The position numbers and the translations under genes are program-made. The notes under the pieces were generated by a model. The model saw only the letters and a program-made list of their open reading frames with translations, was not told where the DNA came from and did not search any database. A stretch of DNA of 64,000 nt from an uncultured Rickettsiales bacterium (GTDB lineage: Bacteria; Pseudomonadota; Alphaproteobacteria; Rickettsiales; SXRF01), in the NCBI GenBank assembly GCA_964518725.1, contig CAZFKP010000007.1:8397-72396 (forward strand), in the 5' to 3' direction. Positions 19,095 through 27,826 of this stretch are shown here, one piece after another (the stretch's first letter is position 1; each line of letters opens with the position of its first letter).

Positions 19095-19111
19095 GCGGCA
19101 AATATTGCCGC
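19095..19111. promoter_or_regulatory. Perfect dyad GCGGCAA-ATA-TTGCCGC, candidate enhancer-binding-protein (FlbD/NtrC-family) site
   Basis: It has 7-bp perfect inverted arms. The centre is about 90 bp upstream of the sigma54 -24 element and about 43 bp upstream of the fliX ATG. Confidence 0.4.
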
Positions 19112-19145
19112 TCGAATTTTGTTAAACACGTTGTATAGTGTAGGA

Positions 19146-19592
19146 ATGAAGGTCACTGGCTACGGCACAATCAAACCCACGACAACACTACGCAGGCGTG
19201 ACGGCACAAATAGCGCGGGGAGCTTTTCCGAGTTGTTGAGTGCCGCACAGACCGAAGCCAGCAGCAGCGCGGCTGAGGCCAGCGAAGTTTCCCACGCAGC
19301 GCCGCTTGGAAGCTTGCTTGCCTTGCAGGAGGTTTCCGAGGAAGAGCGTAAACGCGAGCGCATGATAAAGCGCGGTAAAATCATGCTCGACGCGCTGGAA
19401 AAATTGCGGCAGCAGCTTCTGATCGGTGAGATTCCCGCACACATGCTGCCGGAACTGGCCGCTACCGTTGCCGGACAAAAAGAAGGGGTGAGCGACCCTC
19501 ACCTGATGATGCTCATTGATGAAATTGAACTTCGCCTTGCCGTAGAGCTGGCCAAGCTGGAAATGTCGTTTGCCAGCCGGTCGGCATTTTGA
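19146..19592 (+). CDS. fliX: Flagellar assembly regulator FliX
   Basis: 148 aa starting MKVTGYGTIK. Motifs LLALQEV..EERKRERMIKRGKIMLDALEKLRQQLLIGEI and LIDEIELRLAVELAKLE are present. It is divergent from flgI, as in Caulobacter. The ORF track start at 18951 is an upstream extension. Confidence 0.75.
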   Translation: MKVTGYGTIKPTTTLRRRDGTNSAGSFSELLSAAQTEASSSAAEASEVSHAAPLGSLLALQEVSEEERKRERMIKRGKIMLDALEKLRQQLLIGEIPAHMLPELAATVAGQKEGVSDPHLMMLIDEIELRLAVELAKLEMSFASRSAF

Positions 19593-19694
19593 ACTCCGCA
19601 ATGCCCTGATAATGCTTGGTAAATTTAGTTGATTGCATTTTCTCCGGGTTTTGCTAGAAAGTCGGGTCTTTCGTAAACCAATATTAAAAGGACG

Positions 19695-20117
19695 TTGCAT
19701 ATGGCCGCACTTCCCAAAAGCTACAAGCCAACTGAAAAAGAAGAGTACATGAGCAAGCAGCAGCTGGAGTATTTCCGCCAGAAATTGCTGAAGTGGCGTG
19801 AAGAGCTGATTGCCGAGTCGCAAGAAACCATCAACAACCTGAAAGAAGAAAACTGGCGCGAGCCGGATCTCGCTGATCGCGCTTCGCTCGAAACCGATGC
19901 AGCGGTCGAACTCCGCACCCGCAACCGTTACCTGAAGCTGATCGGCAAGATCGATGCCGCGTTGCAACGTATCGCCGATGGCGAGTACGGTTATTGCGAA
20001 GAAACGGGCGAACCGATTGGTATCAAGCGCCTTGAGGCTCGCCCGGTGGCGACCATGACCATTGAGGCGCAGGAACGCCACGAAAAAGCCGAGAAACAAT
20101 TCATCGACGAAGAATAA
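19695..20117 (+). CDS. dksA: RNA polymerase-binding transcription factor DksA (one-Cys variant)
   Basis: 140 aa. It has the coiled-coil tip motif DLADRAS and the C-terminal sequence GYCEETGEPIGIKRLEARPVATMTIEAQ. Confidence 0.88.
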   Translation: MHMAALPKSYKPTEKEEYMSKQQLEYFRQKLLKWREELIAESQETINNLKEENWREPDLADRASLETDAAVELRTRNRYLKLIGKIDAALQRIADGEYGYCEETGEPIGIKRLEARPVATMTIEAQERHEKAEKQFIDEE

Positions 20118-20338
20118 TCCAGTTGCTTCCGGTACGCGCTACTGCGCGTCCCATGAGGCATGCTCAAGGCTGGCTCAGGTTGCTCATTCGCATCACTGTT
20201 ATGAGAGCGCGGCAGCGCGTCATGCGATTTCCATTAGGAAATCGCGGGCACATTACAAGAATATCAAAGCGGTAAGTTGAAACTTGTGCCGGAGTCGCTA
20301 TATTCACCTCGCCGCTTTATTTAATCGATGGGGTTTTT

Positions 20339-21787
20339 ATGCGCTTCTACGTCGTGCCGTTATTTCTTTCTTTCATTTTTTCAGCGCCAATAGCAGGAGC
20401 GCAGACTGCTGATCCACGCGCCGGGTTTGCCGATTTGGTGCAAAAGCTTTCCCCCGCCGTGGTCAACGTATCGACAACACAGAAAGTAAAAAGCGGCGGC
20501 GTGCAGATGTTCGGCAATTTGCCCAACACCCCGGAGATGGAGCCGTTCCGACAGTTTTTTGAACGGTTTGGACAGATGCAGGGTGGCCAGCAGCAAGAAC
20601 GCGAAGTCACGTCGCTTGGTTCCGGTTTCATTGTTGACGCCGATGGGTACGTCATTACCAACAACCATGTGATCGAAGATGCGGACGAAATTACCGTTAC
20701 CCTCCCCAACAACGATAAATACAAGGCAAAAATTATCGGGCGCGACAAAAAAGTTGACCTCGCGCTCCTTAAGGTCGATGCCAAACAGCCATTGCCGTTT
20801 GTTGCGTTCGGCGATTCGGACGCGATGCGCGTTGGCGACTGGGTAATCGCCATCGGCAACCCGTATGGCCTCGGCGGCACGGTAACGCAGGGCATTATTT
20901 CGGCACGCCAGCGATCGATCAATTCCGGACCGTTCGACGATTTCCTGCAGACCGATGCGCCAATCAACCGCGGGAATTCCGGCGGGCCGCTGTTTAATTT
21001 GAATGGTGACGTGATTGGCATCAATACCGCGATTTTTTCACCGTCCGGCGGCTCAGTCGGGATTGGCTTTGCCATTCCAACATCGCTTGCAAAACCGGTG
21101 ATCGCGCAACTGAAAGAATTTGGCCGCACTCACCGCGGATGGCTTGGCGTGAAAATTCAGGAAGTGTCGGATGAGATGGCCGACAGCCTTGGCATGGAAA
21201 AACCGATAGGGGCACTCCTGCTCGATGTTTCGCCCGGCGGCCCGGCTGCCAAAGCCGGATTGCAGGCTGGCGACCTTATCATCAAGTTCGACGGTAAGGA
21301 GATCAGTGAAATGCGCCTGTTGCCGCGCATTGTCGCCGAAACAAAAATCGGCTCCACGGTGAATATCATCTACCTCCGCAATGGCAAATCCGTCACCTCC
21401 TCGATCAAGGTCGGCGAAATGGATGAGCAAGACGATGCTTCGGAAGGCAAACCGGGAAAAGATAAAAAAGGCGAGCAGGTCACACCGGGCAGCAGCAGTT
21501 TCCTTGGCATGGAAATGGTGCCGCTCTCGGCAAATCTGCGTCAGGAGCTGCGCCTTCCGGCATCCGTGCAAGGGCTGGTTATTTTGTCGGTGGCAAACGA
21601 CAGCCCGGGGCTTCGTCGGGGGCTTCGGCGCGGCGATGTCATTGCCGAAGTTGGCGGGCAAGTAACGGCGACGGTCGCAAGCCTCAAGAAGGCATTTGCC
21701 GCGACCAAATCGTCGGGACGAAAATTCGCAATGGTGAAAATCATCCGCGCTAATGAAGCGGCTTTCGTCACGCTCCCGGTGGAGTGA
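20339..21787 (+). CDS. htrA: Periplasmic serine endoprotease, DegP/HtrA (Do) family, two PDZ domains
   Basis: 482 aa with a signal peptide. The catalytic triad contexts are NNHVIEDAD, DLALLKV and GNSGGPLFN. Confidence 0.92.
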   Translation: MRFYVVPLFLSFIFSAPIAGAQTADPRAGFADLVQKLSPAVVNVSTTQKVKSGGVQMFGNLPNTPEMEPFRQFFERFGQMQGGQQQEREVTSLGSGFIVDADGYVITNNHVIEDADEITVTLPNNDKYKAKIIGRDKKVDLALLKVDAKQPLPFVAFGDSDAMRVGDWVIAIGNPYGLGGTVTQGIISARQRSINSGPFDDFLQTDAPINRGNSGGPLFNLNGDVIGINTAIFSPSGGSVGIGFAIPTSLAKPVIAQLKEFGRTHRGWLGVKIQEVSDEMADSLGMEKPIGALLLDVSPGGPAAKAGLQAGDLIIKFDGKEISEMRLLPRIVAETKIGSTVNIIYLRNGKSVTSSIKVGEMDEQDDASEGKPGKDKKGEQVTPGSSSFLGMEMVPLSANLRQELRLPASVQGLVILSVANDSPGLRRGLRRGDVIAEVGGQVTATVASLKKAFAATKSSGRKFAMVKIIRANEAAFVTLPVE

Positions 21788-21796
21788 TTTAGGTCG

Positions 21797-23134
21797 TTAC
21801 GATAGCGGAACCGTTTTGTTGATGGCAACGCGCCGAACGGGGTGCGGGCGGGTGAAGGCGGCAAGCGGATCGCCACTCCAGAGAATTTCACCGATTCCTG
21901 AGGCTTTATTGCCACCGAATCCCATGCCGAAGGCGGGTGTGCCCGTGCCTTTCGGTGAATTGATGACGCTATGCCCCGCCTGGTTCAGCGCTATAAAGTC
22001 ACTCGCTTCCTGCTGGCTCAATGTGTAGATGCCGTTAACCAACCCGGCATTGTCCGGCGCATTCACCAGCTGCATTGCAGCTCCCACGCCACCCTCATAG
22101 CCTACCACATATAAAAGCGGTGCGAATGTTTCCGTGTGCATGATCGCGGTCTGCGATGGCATCAGGGCAAGCACCGGTTCACCCGCACCGCCGAAGAGAA
22201 TTTTCCCACCCTCTTTCACTGCCTGCGCCCTGGCAAATTCAAGCCGCGCCACTGCATCAGCATCAATCAGCTCACGGTAACCAAAACTGTTATCGGGGTT
22301 GGATATCTCACCCGATGCGATAAACACTTGCAGCGACTGCGTGAACAGCGCCACCGTGCGATCGAGCCATTTCCGGTGCACCACCAAACGACGGGTATTG
22401 GTGCAGCGCTGGCCGGTAGTGCCCAGAAACGACGTCAGAATCGAAGTCACTGCAAAACCAAGGTGTGTCTCGCTCATCGCCTCACCGATCACCACCGCAT
22501 TATTGCCCCCCAATTCCAGAATCGGTGGGATGGCATTATTTTTCTTTGCAGCAAGGATTTGCTTGATTGCCCCTCCCATGGCCACACTACCGGTTGCGGA
22601 AATCATATCCACCCCTTCATCCGCAACCATTGCCGCGCCAAGCTCCCGATTGCCTTCCAGAACCTGTAGCAGCGCCGCATGCTCGCCTGCCACACCATCA
22701 AAAATCTCTTTACACGCCAGCGCCGCCTTCGGCGTTTTTTCCGACGGTTTCCACAGCACTGCATTACCGGCAAGCAGCGCCGGGGCGATGTTCCAATGTG
22801 CCACCACCATCGGGAAATTGAACGACGTAATCAGCCCAACAATCCCGACCGGTGGGCGAATGCGCTCACGTGCCATGTCGCCAAGATCGGCGAGCGTTGC
22901 TCCCTGAATCGTTTTGTAGAGGATATCGATCGATGCATCCACCTCGGCCGATGCATCTTTTGCTGTTTTACGCGCATCGCCGGCAAGCACGCCAGCCAGC
23001 ACCTCACGGCGTTGCTTAAGCGCCGCAGCATATGCCTCAAGCAGCGCCACCCTCGCCAGACGCGGCGCCAACGCGAACGCCCGCTGCGCCTGCTGCGCTC
23101 GATTTAGTTGCTGGGATAATGCATGACTGGTCAC
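21797..23134 (-). CDS. Aldehyde dehydrogenase family protein (short, 445 aa)
   Basis: Catalytic Glu context ELGGNN, catalytic Cys context TTGQRCTNTRR and cofactor-binding context FNFPMVV..W are present. The GTG start overlaps the upstream stop (GTGA). Confidence 0.8.
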   Translation of the reverse strand: MTSHALSQQLNRAQQAQRAFALAPRLARVALLEAYAAALKQRREVLAGVLAGDARKTAKDASAEVDASIDILYKTIQGATLADLGDMARERIRPPVGIVGLITSFNFPMVVAHWNIAPALLAGNAVLWKPSEKTPKAALACKEIFDGVAGEHAALLQVLEGNRELGAAMVADEGVDMISATGSVAMGGAIKQILAAKKNNAIPPILELGGNNAVVIGEAMSETHLGFAVTSILTSFLGTTGQRCTNTRRLVVHRKWLDRTVALFTQSLQVFIASGEISNPDNSFGYRELIDADAVARLEFARAQAVKEGGKILFGGAGEPVLALMPSQTAIMHTETFAPLLYVVGYEGGVGAAMQLVNAPDNAGLVNGIYTLSQQEASDFIALNQAGHSVINSPKGTGTPAFGMGFGGNKASGIGEILWSGDPLAAFTRPHPVRRVAINKTVPLS

Positions 23135-24159
23135 AATCTCTTGATAAGATTTTCCAACCCGACATTCAATGAATTCTTTTGCTGACGCAGCCGTTGCACA
23201 TTCTGCTGCATGCGCGTGACCTTCTGGCTGATATCCGACACAACGCCAGCAATAGCGCGCAAAGCCTCGACATCATCGCCCGTTAGCTGCGCCATCTGGC
23301 CGACAATGCCGTCAATGGCCGTGGAGATGTCGGCAAATCCGCCGGTCATTTCCAGCCATTCTTGCTGAAACGCCTGGAATGTCTCGATTTGTTTGCGTCG
23401 CGCCTCTGACCGGGCGGAGTGGCCAGTGCGAATGTGGCCGATCGCGAGCGCCACCACAACCGAAAGCACTGTCGCAATCACCAAGCCGATAATATAGGGA
23501 ATGCGGACATTATTGATGCGTGTGATATAATCTTCTGCATCGATGTCGGCGCCGACAATACCAATAAACTTTTTGTGACTGTCATAAAGCGGTACGTAGG
23601 CGCTGATGAACGTTCCCCACTCGTCCGTATACGGTTCTTCTTCCACCGCTTCGCGCCGCTCACGCAGCGCCTGCTGCATCGTATCGGAAATTTCGGGATA
23701 CTCTTCCATCACGTTAGCGGTGGATTTGCGCTGGTTCCCTAGAGGGCTCTCCTGACCGTCCTCCGGTTGCGTATCAATAATGAAGTGAGCCTTGCCCTCA
23801 TTCTCGACGACCGTGTAAACGTAGCGCAACCCACCGTAGCTTTTCAGCAAGATACGGTAGGGTTTCTGCACCTGCAAATAGGCCTCGGAGTTTTTCTGGT
23901 CACGGGCGGTCAGGGTTGTGTGCAGGTCAACGTCGGTCAGGTTGGCGGCAATCCTGGCAACTGATAATAATTCACGCTGCACTTCCTGCTTCTCACTTTT
24001 TACGATCAGATGATACATGCTGGTGCTAGAAGCGACCGTAACAATGAAGGTACAAATGCCAATCAACAGGCCATCACGCCACGGGCGGATGCCTTTCCGT
24101 TTTGTATTTTTCTCTGCTTCCTGCACCATACACACAACGGCTGGTTGATTATTAGTCAC
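23131..24159 (-). CDS. Membrane protein with a periplasmic Cache/PDC-like sensor domain and a short cytoplasmic coiled coil
   Basis: TM1 is GLLIGICTFIVTVASSTSMYHLI. The periplasmic domain is about 190 aa and contains YVYTVVENEGKAHFIIDT and EEPYTDEWGTFISAYVPLYDSHKKFIGIVGADIDAEDY. TM2 is IPYIIGLVIATVLSVVVALAIG. About 100 aa of helical tail follows, with no recognisable kinase, GGDEF or full MCP module. Confidence 0.55.
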   Translation of the reverse strand: MTNNQPAVVCMVQEAEKNTKRKGIRPWRDGLLIGICTFIVTVASSTSMYHLIVKSEKQEVQRELLSVARIAANLTDVDLHTTLTARDQKNSEAYLQVQKPYRILLKSYGGLRYVYTVVENEGKAHFIIDTQPEDGQESPLGNQRKSTANVMEEYPEISDTMQQALRERREAVEEEPYTDEWGTFISAYVPLYDSHKKFIGIVGADIDAEDYITRINNVRIPYIIGLVIATVLSVVVALAIGHIRTGHSARSEARRKQIETFQAFQQEWLEMTGGFADISTAIDGIVGQMAQLTGDDVEALRAIAGVVSDISQKVTRMQQNVQRLRQQKNSLNVGLENLIKRL

Positions 24160-24341
24160 ACAACTTTCATCAACACCATAGTTCGGTTAAGACAAGATTA
24201 AGCGCTACAGTGATTCCCCTAGTTTATTATCCCCACACCTTTTTTGCTGAATCCTAGCCGTGATGAATGAGACTAAATAACGCCAAAATACGGGGAATGC
24301 ACACAGGAAAATCCCTAATAACCCAGATAGACCCTTGGTAT

Positions 24342-24474
24342 CTGCTGTTTTATGCTGACCGAAAAGTAGTGCGAAAAAGTTAATAAAATGTTATAAAACA
24401 CAAGGATTTAAGCCGACTGGAATAACCAAAATTTAATGTGACCTGCCTATAATGGTAATTCGGTAAAACAGCAG
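24342..24474. repeat. 11-bp perfect inverted repeat pair flanking a 111-bp AT-rich spacer
   Basis: CTGCTGTTTTA lies at 24342-24352 and TAAAACAGCAG at 24464-24474. The right arm ends 7 nt before the tolC-like ATG. Confidence 0.6.
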
Positions 24475-24481
24475 GCTGTTC

Positions 24482-25990
24482 ATGATCCAACACACAAAGC
24501 GGATATTTTTTGTTGCCATGATTGCCCTCGCCACCCAACTGGCGGGCAACTCTTCCGCACGCGCGCAAGGGATTGAGCTCCCAAGCATCGGCGATCCGTT
24601 TTCAACACAGAAAAAACTGGCGCCTTACGGTAAAAATCTCAAACCGACCAGTTGCCCCACACCGCCTGACACGAGCAAACCGTTGCTACTTGGCGAGGTG
24701 GTTATCACCACCATTTGCCATAGTCCGGATACACGCTCAGCATACCTTTCGCTGCTAGCAAGCGCCGACAGCTATGACGGCACCGTCATGTCCTACCTGC
24801 CGGATATCAGCGCCAGCGCAACAGGGAGTTCATCAAAGACATGGTTTGATGGTAACAAATTTATTTCACGCAGCAGCAGCGCATCGGCTTCTACCGGCCT
24901 CACTCTCTATGATTTCGGGCGGCGCGAAACCACGCTTGCGATTGCCGAAAGGACACTGGCGGCATCCGGTCTCGGCTATGACTCGACGTTGCAGGGATTT
25001 ATCGCTACCGCCCTGCAGACCTACTTCAGCCAGCTTACTGCACAGAATGCGCTCGCCGTTGAGCGTGAATCAAACGAGCTATCCAAGGCAACACTCGACG
25101 CAACTGAGACACGTTATAGCCTGGGGCTAGTGCCCCTTTCTGATGTGCTGCAAGCACGGACACGCTACAGCCAGACGCAACTCAGCCTTGAGCGCGCAGA
25201 GAATGCCGTCGTGTTGGGCGCCGCGCGCCTCGCTCAACTGATGGGGTTTTCGCCGCTTACAGAATTGAAAGTGGCGGAACTAGACGATGCGAATATTCTT
25301 GTGCCGCCATTCAACAGCGCGCTCACTGAATTGATCGAGAAAGCCAAGGAACAACGCGTTGACCTTAAGAGCCGACAGCTGCAGCTGGAAAGCGCCAAAG
25401 ATAGTCTGAAAAACACACGTCGGCGTAACCTGCCGACGATCTCCGCCAGCGCCGGCCGGAGCTACAGCGACTGGGATGTGCTGAATCAGGATCACCCGCC
25501 CGTTGATACAGTTGGCGTCACGGTGAGTATTCCTATTTTTACCGGCTTCGGAAGCGTGTTCTCGGAACGGGCGCAACGCAAGCAGCTCGAATCACAAATC
25601 ATCCAGTATGAAGATGCCGAACGCGATGTTGAGCAGGATGTGCTGCGTAGCTGGCAGAATTATAGCACGGCACGGACGTCTTATGACATCAGCATTTCTT
25701 CCCTCGGTGTGGCGCGTCAGTTTCAGGATGTGGCGCTGGGACGCTACAAAGAAGGCATTGGTTCGATCCTCGATGTGCTGAATGCTCAGGATTCTTACCG
25801 TAATTCCTTGCAAAGCCACTTAAACTCACGTTACAGTCTGCTCACGGCGAGGGTCGACCTCATCCGCGCCGTCGGTGCGCTGGATTTGAACAATGTCGAA
25901 CCGCAAGGCGCAGACATGCCGGCGATGGCGGCAGTGGTGAGTTATAAAGACCCACGTCCAAACAAAGGATCTACCCATGAAATTCGTTAA
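24482..25990 (+). CDS. tolC: TolC family outer-membrane efflux protein
   Basis: 502 aa with a signal peptide and two tandem outer-membrane-efflux-protein repeats (..Y.AAL.AY...LL.A...). Confidence 0.85.
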   Translation: MIQHTKRIFFVAMIALATQLAGNSSARAQGIELPSIGDPFSTQKKLAPYGKNLKPTSCPTPPDTSKPLLLGEVVITTICHSPDTRSAYLSLLASADSYDGTVMSYLPDISASATGSSSKTWFDGNKFISRSSSASASTGLTLYDFGRRETTLAIAERTLAASGLGYDSTLQGFIATALQTYFSQLTAQNALAVERESNELSKATLDATETRYSLGLVPLSDVLQARTRYSQTQLSLERAENAVVLGAARLAQLMGFSPLTELKVAELDDANILVPPFNSALTELIEKAKEQRVDLKSRQLQLESAKDSLKNTRRRNLPTISASAGRSYSDWDVLNQDHPPVDTVGVTVSIPIFTGFGSVFSERAQRKQLESQIIQYEDAERDVEQDVLRSWQNYSTARTSYDISISSLGVARQFQDVALGRYKEGIGSILDVLNAQDSYRNSLQSHLNSRYSLLTARVDLIRAVGALDLNNVEPQGADMPAMAAVVSYKDPRPNKGSTHEIR

Positions 25991-27122
25991 GCGCATCCTC
26001 ATACTCTGTATGGTTGGGGCATTCATTTATGTCGGCGCCTCGGCGCTCGTGTGGCTGTTGTCGAACAACACACCGGTGGGCATCCCTTACCGCACAGCTA
26101 AAATCACCCGCGGTACCATTGCAGAACTAATCACTGCTACCGGCACCATCTCACCCGAAGAAGTTGTTACGGTCGGCACCCAGGTATCCGGTAAAATCAC
26201 GGCACTCCACGTCAAACTGAATGACGAAGTGAAGGAAGGTCAATTGCTGGCAGAAATCGATCCATCGATTCCCCTCACCCAGCTGAAGCAAAGCCAGGCA
26301 TTCCTAGAAACCGCCACCCTGTCGCACGAACTCGCCAACCGCGATTACGAGCGGATTAAAACATTGCTGGCAAAAAACTATGTCGCCAAGATTGAGCTGG
26401 AACGGGCATGGCAAAACGTCGTTAATACCAAGAATAGTAAGGAATCGGCAAAAATACAGGTGGAACGCGACGAAGTGAATTTGGGATTCACCCGAGTGAC
26501 ATCTCCAATCGACGGGGTGATTATCGCACAGGAAGCCACCAGCGGCCAGACCGTCGCCTCGAACTTCCAGACGCCGAACCTGTTTAAAATCGCCAAAGAC
26601 ATGCGAGTGATGAAGATCGACATGAACGTGCCGGAATCCGACATCAGCAAAATTCACGAAGCCATGCCCGTGAAATTTACCGTCGATGCTTTCGAGAAAC
26701 GTACATTTGACGGCCTTATAAAACGGATCGACCTGAACCCAAACAACCAGGGCGGTGTGGTGACTTATAACGTCGTAGTAACCGTAGAAAATAAAGACCG
26801 GGCGCTGTATCCGGGCATGACTGCAAACATTATCATTACTCTTTCAGAGACCAAGAACATTCTGAAAGTGCCGGCAGCAGCACTGCGTTTCACGCCACCC
26901 GTGGAATATACCAGCCCGCTCGCACGTATCCTAAGCGGCCAGCGCCAGAAAAAGGGTGCCGAATCTTACGATGGCCTTAGAATTTATGTTTGGCGCAATA
27001 GCCAGCTGACAATGGTTCCAATCCAGGTAGGCGTCAGCGACGATTTATATTTCGAGGTGGAAAGCGATCAGCTTAAAGAGGGTGATTTGGTTGTCACCGG
27101 CCTGCAGATCAGGGAGGAGTAG
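25977..27122 (+). CDS. macA: Efflux periplasmic adaptor subunit (MacA/HlyD family)
   Basis: 381 aa. It has an N-terminal TM anchor, lipoyl/coiled-coil/beta-barrel organisation and the motif GFTRVTSPIDGVI. It overlaps the tolC stop by 14 nt. Confidence 0.85.
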   Translation: MKFVKRILILCMVGAFIYVGASALVWLLSNNTPVGIPYRTAKITRGTIAELITATGTISPEEVVTVGTQVSGKITALHVKLNDEVKEGQLLAEIDPSIPLTQLKQSQAFLETATLSHELANRDYERIKTLLAKNYVAKIELERAWQNVVNTKNSKESAKIQVERDEVNLGFTRVTSPIDGVIIAQEATSGQTVASNFQTPNLFKIAKDMRVMKIDMNVPESDISKIHEAMPVKFTVDAFEKRTFDGLIKRIDLNPNNQGGVVTYNVVVTVENKDRALYPGMTANIIITLSETKNILKVPAAALRFTPPVEYTSPLARILSGQRQKKGAESYDGLRIYVWRNSQLTMVPIQVGVSDDLYFEVESDQLKEGDLVVTGLQIREE

Positions 27123-27125
27123 CCC

Positions 27126-27818
27126 ATGGGCGCCGCCGTCATTGAAATGGAATCCATTGTCAAGGAATACGAGCAGGCCATTGGCACGACCACACGCGTT
27201 CTGAAAGGCGTAGACTTGCTGATTGAGGAAGGAGAATTCGTGGCCATCATGGGGCCATCCGGTTCCGGCAAAAGTACGCTGATGAATTTACTGGGCACCC
27301 TTGACCGCCCGACTTCTGGCACGTATCGGCTGATTGGTGAAGACATCAACGATTACAATGAACGCGGGCTGGCGGAAGTACGCAACAAAGCCATCGGCTT
27401 TGTATTCCAGGGATTCAACTTACTGCAACGCCGTACCATCATTGAAAATATCGCCCTGCCGCTGCGCTACGCCGGAATGAGCGGACGCGCCAGTATCGCA
27501 CAGGCCGAAACCTACCTTGAGAAGGTAGGGCTTGCCACCCACCGCAACTACCTCCCTACCCAGCTTTCCGGGGGACAACAACAGCGCGTTGCCATCGCCC
27601 GCGCGCTGGCCGCCACCCCCAAATTAATTCTGGCCGACGAACCGACCGGGAACCTCGATAGTAAAACCAGCAAGGAAATCATGCAGCTGTTTTGCGCGCT
27701 GAACGACGAAGGCATCACGATTGTATTAATTACGCACGAGCAGGACATTGCGCGATACGCGCAACGGCTGGTGCAGGTGAAAGACGGCGAGATCATCTAT
27801 GACGGTCCGATGTATTAG
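27126..27818 (+). CDS. ABC transporter ATP-binding protein (MacB/LolD-type)
   Basis: Walker A GPSGSGKST, signature LSGGQQQRVAIARAL and Walker B LILADEPTGNLD are present. Confidence 0.92.
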   Translation: MGAAVIEMESIVKEYEQAIGTTTRVLKGVDLLIEEGEFVAIMGPSGSGKSTLMNLLGTLDRPTSGTYRLIGEDINDYNERGLAEVRNKAIGFVFQGFNLLQRRTIIENIALPLRYAGMSGRASIAQAETYLEKVGLATHRNYLPTQLSGGQQQRVAIARALAATPKLILADEPTGNLDSKTSKEIMQLFCALNDEGITIVLITHEQDIARYAQRLVQVKDGEIIYDGPMY

Positions 27819-27826
27819 GAAATCAT

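Noticed and set aside
20225-20304. The hairpin GCGATTTCC-atta-GGAAATCGC and the downstream TTGAAA-N16-TATATT, considered as a dksA terminator and an htrA promoter (sigmaE or sigma32 type).
   Set aside because: The hairpin lacks a U-tract. The promoter spacing fits sigma70 only loosely and does not fit the sigma32 (CTTGAA-N13-17-CCCCAT) or ECF (GGAAC-N16-CGTT) consensus. The evidence is too weak to list as a feature.
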